The position numbers and the translations under genes were made by a program. The notes beneath the pieces are model-generated. The model saw only the letters and a list, made by a program, of their open reading frames with translations, made no database searches and was not told where the DNA came from. A DNA stretch of 64,000 nucleotides from NCBI GenBank assembly GCA_026770705.1, contig JANJGN010000189.1, positions 744,001 to 808,000 of the forward strand. Reading direction: 5' to 3'. Origin of the DNA: Isurus oxyrinchus (taxonomy: Eukaryota). Numbering within the stretch: the first letter of the stretch is position 1; each line of letters starts with the position of its first letter. Positions 1-12,119 of this stretch are shown here, in pieces.

Positions 1-187
1 CTGAGGAAGTGCTGCACTGTCGGAGGATCAGTACAGAGGGAGTGCTGCACTGTTGGTGGGTCAGTACTGAGGGAGTGCTGCACTGTCGGAGGGTCAGTAC
101 TGAGGGAGTGCTGCACTGTCAGAGGGTCAGGACTGAGGGAGCGCTGCATTGTCGGATGGTCAGAACTGAGGGAGTGCTGCACTGTCA
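1..187. repeat. 33-bp minisatellite (cagtactgagggagtgctgcactgtcggagggt)n
   Basis: Direct tandem units; produces 11-aa periodic spurious ORFs. Confidence 0.95.
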
Positions 188-329
188 CATGTGGTTTCTA
201 TCATATGACATGAGAGAGAGCGTTAAACCTACTGAGACACGACCGACACTAGCGAGGCTGCACAATAATTTAACCCTATCAGTACCAGTAATTGATGTGA
301 GGATGTCTTCTGTTTCCATTTCTCTGTAG

Positions 330-578
330 GGTAAACAGAACGTGCTGATTACTGAGGCCCGGAACACAACCAGAGACACAACTAGTGAGGGGGAGACCCC
401 AGCTCCCCGGGATCTCTCTGAAAGTCCAGTGGGAGGCGATGCTGGACATGGGAACGCCGAAAATCCCGCCGAGCTTCTCTACGCCAATCCCCAAGTTTTG
501 AGGGTTTCCAGTGGTGATGGGTCTGTCCACAGGGAAGAGGAGACGGAATACGCACAGATCAGGTTCGAGCATAACTGA
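330..578 (+). CDS. Siglec-like terminal cytoplasmic exon, copy 1 (degenerate ITIM LLYANP + ITSM-like TEYAQI); rest of gene upstream of window
   Basis: Acceptor ttctctgtag|, phase 0, GKQNVLITEA...ELLYANPQV...EETEYAQIRFEHN*; paralogous to 3215 and 18961 exons. Confidence 0.85.
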   Translation, partial: GKQNVLITEARNTTRDTTSEGETPAPRDLSESPVGGDAGHGNAENPAELLYANPQVLRVSSGDGSVHREEETEYAQIRFEHN

Positions 579-1149
579 ATGTGAAATGGGGAATGGGAGT
601 GAGGAGGTGTGGGTGTGGGGGTAGGGATTGAGATTCCTGGGAACAGGAAATAACCCACCGGGGGACAGGGGGAGAGAGGGAGGAAGGGATGGAATTGGGC
701 TGCGGTTGGTGTGGTTTGGAATGAAATGCTTCTCCAGAGAGGACTGGATGCTGAGCCATTGGGGACCGAGATTCACTGTCTCTCTCTGTCTCTCTGTCTC
801 TCTCTCTCCCTCCCTCTCTCTGTCTTTCTTTCTGTGTCTGTCTCTCATTCTCTATCTCCAGCTCCTCCTTTAAGATGACCGTTAAGAACTGACTTTGTTG
901 ACTCAGCTGTTGGTCTCCTGTCCCTAATATCTCCTCTTGTGCCTCAGAGTCAGGTGAAGATGTGACTAACAATCCCCGGATGAGCCTTGGGACGTTTTGC
1001 TACATTGAAGGTGCTAAAGAAATGCAAGTTGTTGTAGTAACTCTGATCTGCTTCGATTAACAATGGAACCACAAAGGCTCCTTCGACAGGGCGTGTGTGC
1101 AGCAGGGTCACAGTAAATACATTGAGCTGTGAGATTTTTAATTCTTTCA

Positions 1150-1601
1150 TCGAATGTGGCTGTCACTGGTGATGTCAGCGTTAATGCCCATCTCTAATTG
1201 CCCTTGAGAAGGTGGTGGTGAGCTGCCTTCTTGACCCGCTGCGGTCCATGTGGTGTAGGTACACCCAAAGTGCTTTTAGAGAGGGAGTGCCAGGATTTTG
1301 ACCCAGCGACAGTGAAGGAACGGTGATATATTTCCAAGTCAGGATGGTGAGTGACTTGGAGGGGAACTTCCAGGTGGTGGTGTTCCCATGTGTCTGCTGT
1401 CCTTGTCCTTCTAGATGGTAGAGGTCGTGGGTTTGGAAGGTGCTGTTGAAGGAGCCTTGCTGAGTTGCTGCAGTGCATCTTGTAGATGGTACACACACTG
1501 CTGCCACTGTGTGTTCATGGTGGAGGGAGTGAATGTTTAATGTGGTGGATGGGGTGTCGATCAATCGGGCTGCTTTGTCCTGGATGGTGTCAAGCTTCTT
1601 G
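1150..1601 (-). mobile_element. CR1-type LINE 3' fragment
   Basis: Reverse complement of the RT C-terminus/3' tail (KLDTIQDKAARLI; gcagctcaccaccaccttctcaagggcaatt) seen in many copies in the window. Confidence 0.85.
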
Positions 1602-1734
1602 ATTCTGTGCTTTGTGCAGAAGTGGTTTAAAGAGACAGTCCAGTTGTCGGTGTAAGGTTACAGTGGGCTCTGTGTCTGTGCTGCACTGACTCTCTGCTAT
1701 ATGATAACCACAGTGTGATATTGTGTTATTGCAG

Positions 1735-1816
1735 GAGAAAGACAGCGATGGAGGAGAGAGTTTCAGGGACCAGAGACATTGCATTGACCCCCAGTCCACT
1801 CTCTGTGAAACACCAG
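1735..1816 (+). CDS. Siglec-like first cytoplasmic exon (phase 2 to 0), xRKTAMEERVSGTRDIALTPSPLSVKHQ
   Basis: ttattgcag| acceptor, cag|gtacag donor, 82 nt; phases fit between a phase-2 TM exon and the phase-0 terminal exon at 3215. Confidence 0.65.
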
Positions 1817-1938
1817 GTACAGGAACTGTTTACACTCACTCCAAAGCTTCAATCTCAGTGTGTAGACAACACATGTCCCAGATTCCCACTGATTTGTACC
1901 TGTGGAGTCAGCAATGGTTCAGTATCTCGCTGTCTCTC

Positions 1939-2693
1939 TGTTATTACACAGCAACTGGTAAAGGCTGTTGTTTAAAATCCCAGAGGGAAACTTTAAACAA
2001 CTGTCATAACCTATATTTCCCAGTGGAAATTTTGAGATGCATCTTTAAATTCAGGAATAAGACCATCAGTTCTTGAGATGGGTTTATATCAAACTACATG
2101 AGACATTTATTAATTTACACAAGTTAAACAAATGCACGTGGCTACAAACTAGTATTATCATAACTTTATAACAAATTCCCAAACTAATCTCCTCTAAGAT
2201 AACCCACAGACTTTAAGCAGATTCCAAGCGAAGCATTTTCACCTCACAAATTCCAAATGAGGTTCTTTTCACTTTGGTTCCTTTGCTAACAGGTGTAGGC
2301 TTACAGCTGCTTTGATGTTACAAGCCTCTGCTCTGCACACACAAAACTGCTCAAGTTATACGCAATGCTTCTCTTTGAATGTAAATTCTCATTGTATCAT
2401 CAGGACCTTTGAACTCCATCTCTTCTAACAATAAATCCCGTTTCATAGTATCAATTTTATTAGTAATATAAACATTGATTGGTTTAAGAATTCACTCCCA
2501 GGCTTTGAATCCTCCTTTTAAAAATGCAATATGCCTCTTTACCTCTTTGTTTACATCTCAAAGCTACTATACATCAAAGTCCCCAGACCGGCTGTCTTTA
2601 ATCCAATTAAAACACACACACACACACCCACAGACTAAACCTCTGTTTAAAAAGACAATTTCCATTTACAATACATACATGAATAGATTCATA
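1939..2693. mobile_element. Probable solo LTR-like repeat
   Basis: Similar to 5780-6314 and, inverted, to 24870-24950; boundaries approximate. Confidence 0.5.
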
Positions 2694-2839
2694 ATCCTTC
2701 CTCTCTCTTTCTCCCTCTCTCTCTCTTTCTCATCATGTCTCTGATTACAAGTTTCATGTTATTGAGCCTCACACCAGGCACCTGAGTGCAGAATCTAAGC
2801 CAGCACTCGCCAGAGACATTTCAGAGGGATTGCGAGACT

Positions 2840-3072
2840 GACAGAGGGTCAGTACTGAGAGAGTGCTGCACTGTCTGAGGGTCAGTACTGAGCGAGTGCT
2901 GCACTGTCGGAGGGTCAGTACTGAGGGAGTGCTGCACTGTCGGAGGGTCAGTATTGAGGGAGTGCTGCACTGTCAGAGGGTCTGTGCTGAGGGAGTGCTG
3001 CACTGTCGGATGGTCAGTATTGAGGGAGTGCTGCACTGTCAAAGGGTCAGTACTGAGGGAGTGCTGCATTGC
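2840..3072. repeat. 33-bp minisatellite
   Basis: Same unit as 1-187, again just upstream of a tail exon. Confidence 0.95.
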
Positions 3073-3214
3073 CATAGGTGGTGACTTTTATATGATATGA
3101 GAGAAATTTAAACCCACTGAGACATGACTGACACTAACGAGGCTGCACAATAATTTAACCCTATCAGTGCCAGTAAATGATGTGAGGATGCCTTCTGTTT
3201 CCATTTCTCTGTAG

Positions 3215-3463
3215 GGTAAACAGAACGTGCTGATTACTGAGCCCCGGAACACAACCAGAGACACAACTAGTGAGGGGGAGACCCCAGCTCCCCGGGGTCT
3301 CTCTGAAGGTCCAGTGGGAGGCGATGCTGGACATGGAATCCCTGACAATCCCAACGACCTTCTCTACGCCAATACGGAAGTCTTCAGGGTGCCCAGTGGT
3401 GATGGGTCTGTCCACAGGGAAGAGGAGACGGAATACGCACAGATCAGATTCAAGCGAAACTGA
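3215..3463 (+). CDS. Siglec-like terminal cytoplasmic exon, copy 2 (LLYANT + TEYAQI)
   Basis: Same acceptor and frame as 330 exon; GKQNVLITEP...DLLYANTEV...EETEYAQIRFKRN*. Confidence 0.85.
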   Translation, partial: GKQNVLITEPRNTTRDTTSEGETPAPRGLSEGPVGGDAGHGIPDNPNDLLYANTEVFRVPSGDGSVHREEETEYAQIRFKRN

Positions 3464-5084
3464 GTGTGAAACGGGGAGAGGGGGTGAGGATGTTTGTGGG
3501 TGGGGGCAGGGCTTAAGATTCCATGGAACACGAGACAACCCACTGGGGGACAGGGGGAGAGAGGGAGGAAGGGACTGAATGGATCTGTGGTTGGTGTGGT
3601 TTGGAATGAAATGTTTCCCCAGTGACGACTTGATGCTGAGTCATTGGGGACAGAGATTCAGTGTCACTCTCTCTCCTTCTCTGTCTCTCTATCTCTCTCC
3701 CCTTCTCTGTCTCTCTCTCTCTCTGTCTCTCTATCTCTCTTTCCTTCTCTGTCTGTCCCTCTCTCTCTATCTCTCTATCTCTCTCCCTCTGCTTCTCTAT
3801 CTCTCTCTCTCTCTCTCTTCCTTTAACATGGTCCTTATTAACTGGCTTTGTTAACTCAGCTTTTTGTCACCTGTCCCTAATATCTCATTATGTGTCTCAG
3901 AGATGGATTTATATGTGGTTAACAATCCCCTGAAGAGCTTTGGGATAGTTTGCTACATTATGGGTGCTATATAAATGCAAGTTGTAGTAGTAATATTGAT
4001 CTGCCTCGATTCAGAATGGAAACACGGAGGCTCCTGCGACAGGGCGTGTGTGCAACAGGCTCGCAATAAATGCATTGCACAGCAACAACTAAGCATGTCC
4101 TTTGATACTGATGCATCCCAGTCTTGCTGTGTGGACACATCACAACCGAGGGACTGCCTGACTGCGTGCAGCCAACATGGCCGAATAGTCATTAGCAGAA
4201 ATGTGACGTCACTGAACCTTGTTAACATTTCAGAAAGTGCTTTCTGAATTCTGCAACTTGTTTATTCTGTGATAGATTACAAGAAGCCTTTGCATTTTCT
4301 ATAATATTACATTTATTGTCACAAGGGATTGAAATGCCCAGATAACTCTGTACAGATATATTTTTATTAAACATCTTACTCTAGGACAACCTTCCTGCTC
4401 CAATCTGTTATTTCATATCATTGCATTTCCCCACCAAATTATCAAAAATTCCTGTGTCCACATTTATCATGAAAATTTCCCATGTAAACATGTCACACTG
4501 TACTTACACTCTCTTGCCAGTGGTGGTGCTGTAGGTGCACCAAATTCTTTCTCAGAGACTGCAGGACATCTCCCAGTTGTCTTTACAATATTATTAAGAT
4601 ACAGGAAATGGGGACAATCTTCACCCTGTGTTTACGATATTGTTAAGACAGAGAGCTGGTGAAACCTCCCCCCCTTCACAGAGTTGTGGGCAGGGTCAGT
4701 TCTGGCTGTGAGACCTCCACACTCATTCCACGCCCCCTGTTCATTTCCCCATCCCTGCTCTAACTTAGCGCTTTTACACATGAAGTGCGGGACCGACAGG
4801 AAAGTGTGGAAGGGCTGCCCATCGCAGCTGGAACAAGGATCCTGGCGGATCTACCAGGAAAGAATGGCGGAGTGGGGGAGGGGGAGCAGTGGGGTCAATA
4901 TCCACACCCTCCCCAACACCCCTATCACTGTCACTACCAAGAGGGAATATCAGTCTCGAGACAGAGGCCAGAGTGTGAGCAACTGAGACAAACTGAGACT
5001 GAAACCAGCATCAACCAGTGTCCCAGCAAATAAGGTCAGAGTAGGGGAAATGGGGAAAAGACAGAAAGGTTCTTAATCTGAATG

Positions 5085-5775
5085 CACGCAAGAGGGAATC
5101 TAATCATCTCTCCTTGATATTCAATGGCAGCACCATCACTGAATCCCTGAATATCAAAAGCCTGGGGGTTTCCATTGACGAGAATCTGAACTGGGTCAGC
5201 CACATAAACATTGTGGCTACAAGAGCAGCTCAGAGGCTGGGAATCCTGCGGTGAGTAACTCACCTCCTGACTCCTCAAATCCTGTCCTTCATCGACATAG
5301 CACAAGGCAGGAGTGTGAATGGAATACTCTCCACTTGCCTGGATGAGTGCAGCTCCAACAACACTCAAGAAGCTCGACACCACCCTGGACAAAGCAGCCC
5401 CGCCTGATTGGCTCCCCGTCAACCACAGCAACACTCACTCCCTCCATCGTCAATGCACAGTGGCAGCAGTGTGTCCCATCTACAACATGAACTTCAGCAA
5501 CTCAGCAAGGTTCCTTCAACAGCACCTTCCAATCCCACAACCTCTACCATTGAGAAGGACAAGGGCAGCAGGCATAGGGGAACACCACCACCTGGAAGTT
5601 CCCCTCCAAGCCACACATCATCCTGATTTTGAAATATATCGCCATTCCTTCACTGCCACTTGGTCAAAATCTTGGACTTCCTTCTCTAACTGCATTGTGG
5701 GTGTACCTACACCACATGGAGTGCAGAGGGTCCGGAAGGCAGCTCACCACCACCTTCTCAAGGTAATTAGGGATA
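5085..5775 (+). mobile_element. CR1-type LINE 3' fragment
   Basis: MEYSPLAWMSAAPTTLKKLDT RT C-terminal motif and 3' tail. Confidence 0.9.
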
Positions 5776-5779
5776 AAAC

Positions 5780-6314
5780 CATTGACATAATATAGACACC
5801 AGGCAAAGCACATTTGACATTACGAATTCTGAATGAGGTTCCTTTGCAAGTTGGTTGGAGGCTACAGGCTGGTTAGGTCTGAAATGCTCCTGCCTCACAC
5901 ACACAAACTCCTTCCTTTATATAGCTAGCTTTCCCTTTGAATGTAAATTTTCCATTGTATCACTCGGACTTCTGAACTCCAGCTCTTCGAACAATAAAAC
6001 CCCCTTTCATAGCACCAATTTCATTAGTAAGTTCAAGAAAAAACACATCTTTTGGCTCCTTCTAACTAGGTGCAAGATTTTACCCCCAGTCTTGAATGGT
6101 TTATTCAACAATTGCAAATGAACAATTTACTGTTCTCCTCACAATTCACCCAATTAACATCTCAAAACTACTAAACATCAAAGCACACAGACCAGCTGGC
6201 TTTAATCCAATTAAGACACACCCAGACACACACCTATACATGGACCACCACTAGAATTCTATTTGAAGATATTATTTCCAAGCACACGTTACACACAAAT
6301 ATATCTTCATGACA
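5780..6314. mobile_element. Partial LTR-like repeat
   Basis: Similar to 2210-2690; ends catgaca. Confidence 0.45.
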
Positions 6315-6735
6315 CTGGATTTCCAAAAGGCATTCGTTAAGGTGCCACATCAAAGGATACTGCACAGGGTGAAATTGGATGGTGTTGGGGGTGATATATT
6401 AATATGGAAGGAGGACTGGCTAACTGACAGGAAACAGAGAGCCAGGATAAATGGGTGATTTTCAGCTTGGTAAACTGTAACTAGTGGAGAGCCACAGGGA
6501 TCAGTGCTGAGGCCTCAACTATTCACTATCTACATTAGTGACTTGGATGAAGGGACTGACTGTACTGTAGGCAGATTTTCTGACTGTATGGTGAAGATAG
6601 GTAGGAAATATATCAGCTGGGCAGGAAAGCAAGTTGTGAGGAGGACACAAAGAGGCTGCAGAGGGAGATAAATAGTTTCAGTGAGTGGATAAAAAAATGA
6701 GTGGATGGAATATAAGGAGGGGAAATGTCAGGGTG
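6315..6735 (+). mobile_element. CR1 LINE RT fragment (second family)
   Basis: LDFQKAF.KVPH and PQGSVL motifs, degraded. Confidence 0.85.
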
Positions 6736-6819
6736 TCCAGCTGATCCTACTTGTTCTGTTCTTATATTCTTATACAGACACAGGGTTTACTGACAGTGCA
6801 CAGCAAAGTGCTGTTCTCT

Positions 6820-6977
6820 CACTTTGTTCCAACTTCCTCATTTTGACTCACAGAGACACATCAGCCCTTTCTAATTAAACACACAGAGGGAGCAGCACAG
6901 GAAGAGGTCATTCAGCCCAAGCAGAGCGTGTGGGCAGTTCCTCCCCAGGCGAGCAGTCGGACAGGTCCTGGGTAAGT
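6820..6977 (+). promoter_or_regulatory. Gene A putative promoter + non-coding first exon (ends 6971)
   Basis: acttcctcattt (Ets/PU.1-like), tgactca (AP-1), strong donor tgg|gtaagt; block repeated at 42.2, 48.0 and 48.6 kb. Confidence 0.6.
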
Positions 6978-7421
6978 AACGGAACGATTGGAATTCACTT
7001 CCACCACCAACACCGTCCTTTGTTGATGTTGTGACTTTATAAAGACAGATTCCAATGATTGATGCCTTTGAAAGATTTCTACTGATTATTGAGATCTGGG
7101 TGTGAGGCTCAAGTCTGTTGTACAGAACATCTTTCTAGCTCAAGGGATGATGGAAGTGCAGGGACATGAGCTTTGGGACATCCTGAGGTGGTGAAAGGTG
7201 CTATAGAAATGCAAGTCCTTCATTGTTTTTCTTTCTGAAAGCCTTGTAATTCTCTGCAGAGCACCAATCATCCCACAGAGAATCAAATTTGTCTGTGAAG
7301 ATATTCTCTAAAAGCAGTTCTGATCTCTCGAGAGCATTCGGACAAGAGGTGAATTCTCATTAACTCCTTTCTCTTTCAGAACTTCAGAGTTAGAAGCTGA
7401 GGAAATATCTGGGAGTGGACA

Positions 7422-7461
7422 ATGATCGGTAAATCTTACTTCCTCCTGTCACTTCTTCAAG
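7422..7461 (+). CDS. Gene A leader exon MIGKSYFLLSLLQ (exon starts 7380)
   Basis: ctctttcag| acceptor, ATG 7422, hydrophobic stretch, phase-1 donor caag|gtaata. Confidence 0.85.
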
Positions 7462-10398
7462 GTAATACCATCGTCAGCTCGGACAGATTTATGGTTAATA
7501 GTCTTTGTAAAAGATCATTCTTATTGAGCTCTGATAGGGAACTGATTCCGCAGTGATCCAGTGTACAAACTCACACCAAGTCCCATTCACCCATCACCCC
7601 TGTGTTCACTGATATACACTGACTCCCTGTCTGACAGCAGAATTGGAGGAGACCAGAGGTCTTGGAGGGTTGTAGGGGCTGGATGAGTTTACAGGGATAG
7701 GCAGGTTTGTAGCAGTGAGAGCAGAATCTTAAAATTCAGCTGCTGTCGGATGTTGGTCAGTGAGCGAAGGGGATTGATGGGTTGAGTAGAGAAGCAGGGA
7801 TAAAAACTGATGGATGAAGCCTATCCTAATGTGAGGTCTCCGATAGCAATGCCCTGAAATTTGTGTCTTTTGCTGATTTTAGACAGAATTTCCCATGAAG
7901 ACAACACAGCAGCCCCTAGAATAGACAGGCTGTTCAGTGTCACACTTCCTGTCCATTCTCACCTTGCTAGATACTTCAATAAGGGAGCAAGATAACTGAA
8001 AGAGAGAACAAAGGCAAAACTGTCTGTGTGTAAAGGTGTCAAATATTCTGAGTTATCATGAGTGTCTCTGATCTGCTGCATAGTTTAAATTTCACAGAAT
8101 CTGAGCACTTTGCAGCTCAGAGAGAGACCATTGACTCACTGCCTGAAAGGGCGGTGGAAGCAGATTCAACAGGAACTTTCAGAAGGGGAACTGGATAAAT
8201 ACTTGAAGGGAAATTTGCAGGGCTGTGTGAAAGGTGCTGGAGAGGAATTGGGAAAGAGCCAGCACATGCACGATGGGTCACATGAGCTCCTCCTGTGTTG
8301 TATCATTCGACAATCAGACAATTTTAGATCCTTATCAACAAATCTTCAGAATCCTGCTGAATCACAGATATTTCAGAAGGACAGGGAACATGAGGTTTCT
8401 GGTATCAACGCTTCATGTGGGGCCCAGTTCAGTTTGAACAAAAAAAATGACAACAGCATCTTTGAAAGTCATGAAACCAACACAGCGGCACCTCCGACAC
8501 ATGCAGAGCTCAGGCTAGAGGCGCTTTGTTAGTGTGTTTCACAGGGTCTGCTGGAGTAGGGTCAGTGCTGAGCTTGGGGACAAGTCAGTCTACAATGCTG
8601 CATCGGAATCAACAATACAACAATATAGGGTTTGGATCAGAAATAATCCCTTAGACAATGAGGATCCGAAGAGATTCCTTAGACAATGAGAATCCAAAGA
8701 GATTCCTTACTCCATTGGTTGTCTAACTGGGGTCCATGATTTTCCAAGGGGTCCTTGGCAGAATCAAATTATCGAGCAATAGTGTGTAAAACACCGGAGA
8801 GAACGGGAAAGGTGGGATCAATGGAAAACTGTTCACTCTGTTTACACTAATGGGAGTTAGTCTCAGTAATGGAGACCATGAAACTATCATCGATTGTCAT
8901 ACACACCCATCTGGTTCACTAATGGCCTTTAGGGAAGGAAATCTGCCGTCTATATCTGGTCTGGCCTACATGTGACTCCAGACTCATAGCAACGTGGTTC
9001 CTCTGAAATGTCCGAGCAAACCATCCAGTTCTCACCATGCTAGAAACTTCAATAAGGGAGTAAGATAACTGAAAGAGAGAAGGAAGGTAAAGCTGCTCTT
9101 GTGGATAGATGTCAAATATCCTGAGTGATCATGATTGTCTCTACTCTGCTACAGAGATTATGTCACGGGACATTAGAGATGGGCAGCAAATGCTGGCCTT
9201 GGCAGCGACGCCCACATCCCATGAATGAATACATTTACAAAATCTTATTACTTGGAAGGTGCAAGTGCAGGTTGTTATGATCCTTGAGCAGACCCTCTCA
9301 GCACTGACCCTACTCCAGCAGACCCTGTGAAACACACTAACAAAGCGCCTCTCGCCTGAGCTCTGCATGTGTCGGAGGTGCCGCTGTGGTGGGTTCATGA
9401 CTTTCAAAGATGGTGTTGTTTATTTGTTCAAACTGAACTGGGCCCCACACAAAACGCTGATACCAGAAACTTCTTGTTCCCTGTCCTTCTGAAATATCCG
9501 TGACTTCAGCAGGATTCTGAAGAGTTGCTGATGGAGGAACAGGCACCCAATTTTTTTTGATAATTTACAGTTAGGAACCAATAATATTTTGTTTCAAGTA
9601 GACGAGGTTTGAGATTTAAGATGCTTGCAAAGAGAATAAAGCTACAAGATTCCATGGCTTTTAAACAAATAAAAATAAACTTTACTGCACCAGCTCAGAA
9701 AGATAAAATAATTCACAATATCCACCTTATACCCTAACATTCTGGATTAATATGAGCTCATGTGAATTAACAGGCAAACTGTGGTCTCACAGCCACATTA
9801 TTCATTAAATTGTAAACGCAACCAAGATAGTGCCCATGGATTTCACAACAACCCACCCGGACATCAGTGAACACTGTCAGTCAACCAATCTCACTGAAAC
9901 TCTGTTTCTCTCATGAGGGATTCCAATCTTCAACTTCGAAGATCTTGCCTTGGAATTCTCTCCAAAAGTCGCTTCAACTCGGATGGCCTCAGTGACGTTC
10001 CACCTCACAGGGTTTCCATCTCTTCTCCTGAGGCTCCATTGCCCTGGATTCCCGACAATATACTCAAGCACCTCTAGGATTAGATGAAAGGTTTTGATTG
10101 ACTGGGTAGACAGAGAATGTTCCCTCTTGTGGGCAGGAGAATAACTAGAGGCCGAGTGATTGGTGATTCCTTAAACATTGAAGAGGGAATGAACACCAAT
10201 CAGATTGAATCAGATTAGCCAATCAGCTGTGTTGAAGAGCAGACAAGAATGTTAGGCTAATTAGTGATTCATGACGGTGATAATGGGGGGAGTTCTGAGG
10301 GCTCCTAATCCATTGTCCTGTCTTGTAAATCTGCACTGAATGGATCTCAATTGGTGGGTCTTGTAGACACTGTGTTGGGTGGAAGACTGGCTTCACTA

Positions 10399-10672
10399 AG
10401 GGGAAGCGGTAGCAGAGAGGTATTGTCACTGGGCTCGTATTCCAGAGGCCCAGGGTGATGCTCTGGGGCCCTGGGTGTGAATCCTATCACAGCAGATGAA
10501 TGGGATTAAAAAGCCTGGTTCACTGATCACCTATAGGGAAGGAAATCTGCCACCCTTACCCAGTCTGGCCTACATGTCACTCCAAACCCACAGCAATGTG
10601 GTTGACTCTTAAATACCTCTGATGGACATGGGATGGGCAATAAATCCCATGAATGAATAATTTGAAAAAAAG
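10399..10672 (+). mobile_element. SINE insertion with A-rich tail
   Basis: Present in gene A intron, absent at the paralogous site in gene C (~49725); body shared with 34680-34960 and 58270-58590. Confidence 0.75.
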
Positions 10673-10893
10673 CTAAACAGGTTCCTGAGGACCATGAGCC
10701 AATGTAGAATGAACTTGTCCACTCCTGCGTCCAAGATTCTCTTCCATCCATTGTGAAACCTTGGGGAGTTCCTTGTGTGTCCTGTAGATGGTCCACACTG
10801 CAGCCAATGTGCCCCAGTGATGGAGGGGGTGGATATCAAGTCTAGTGGATCGAAAAAACATCCAGAGTTAAATATTGATATTTCTCTCCCCAG

Positions 10894-11259
10894 TTGGACT
10901 GTCACAAGAGTGGAAAGGTGACACTCCACGAGAGGTGACAGCGCAGGAAGGTTCCTGTGTACAGATTCCCTGTCATTACAGTTATCCATCACATTTGGAA
11001 AACCAACCACGAGTTGGAGTCTGGTTTAATAATGAGGAATGGAGAACATCGTCTATAGCCTTTCACTCCAAGGATCACAGTCACGAGTTACCACGGTTCC
11101 ACCATCGGACCCGGCTGTCTGGAGACCTGAAAGATGGTGACTGTTCTCTGATTATAAATAACATCAGACGGGAAGATGCGGGACCTTATTTTTTCAGAAT
11201 AGAATTTGACAGCAGGAATAGTTACAGCTACTATCCTGTAACCCAGCTTCACGTTTCTG
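10894..11259 (+). CDS. Gene A Siglec V-set exon with essential Arg
   Basis: 366 nt, phase 1/1; VTAQEGSCVQIPCHYSYP..W..RLSGDLKDGDCSLII...DAGPYFFRIE: Siglec Cys pattern (B-E disulfide, no F-strand Cys) and the YFFR arginine. Confidence 0.95.
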
Positions 11260-11735
11260 GTAAGTGCTGTGTTATAATTACTCAACAATTCACATTCAAC
11301 ACTCAATGGGAAATAACACAAACTGTGACGTTTACATATTAACACAAAACACAGGTTATTATAACACATTGTCTTCATTCTCAATAACCTGCTGATAGCT
11401 TCCAGTTCAGTCCTAAAGCAACCTCTAATAATTACTTTAATATCAATGATTAAAAGCATTAACTGTATTATCAGGTTATCCACTCCCATCAATCTCTCCT
11501 GTCCTGTTTAAAAGTCTGACGTATCGATAAAAGAAAGATGTGCATTTCTGCAGCGCAATTTACCACCTCAGGAGGATCCAAATCCCTTCACAGCCAATGA
11601 AATTATTCCTGAATTGTGGTCACAGATGTTAAACACAGCAGGCAGTTTGTGCACAGCAAGATCCAACAAACCACAAGGTGATAAATCACCCAGATCACTG
11701 AGGAAATGAGAAGCCAGTGAACTCAAACCTCTGGT

Positions 11736-11867
11736 CTGATGAAGAGTCATACGGACTCGAAACGTTAACCCTGTCTTCCTCTCCACTGATACTGTCAGAC
11801 CTGCTGAGTCTTTCCAGCAATTTTTGTTTTGGTTTCAGATTTCCAGCATCCGCAGTATTCTGCTTTT
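11736..11867 (+). mobile_element. Penelope-like terminal-repeat fragment with minimal hammerhead core
   Basis: ctgatga-a-gagtc-atacg-gactc-gaaa-cgtt; flanked by ~20-bp duplication (11720-11739 / 11868-11887); similar to the end of the Penelope at 46606-46715. Confidence 0.7.
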
Positions 11868-12119
11868 AACTCCAATCTCTGGTCTGAGCCTCTTCTCTCA
11901 TCCAGTATTCTCAATTCACATGTCTCGGAGTGAACGTGTATTAAGCTGAGAGACAGAAACACTACTGCCAAAGAGCAAGAAAATCTTTCCTGATCATTGT
12001 AACCTCTCAGTTCTGATATCATCCTTGTAAAAGTGCTTTCTCTTGTGGGACTGTGATTTCTATTTGAACTGATGCTTCACATTATATTTCTCTAAAAGGA
12101 TCCATTTTCTGTCTGTTAG

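Noticed and set aside
628-873. Hydrophobic SL-repeat ORFs as TM exons (also 3579-3933, 62315-62994)
   Set aside because: Translations of (CT)n microsatellites
1709-1745. RSS heptamer cacagtg, and cactgtg at the ends of C2 exons
   Set aside because: No nonamer at 12/23 spacing at 1709; the exon copies simply encode ITV, so no evidence of V(D)J-type rearrangement
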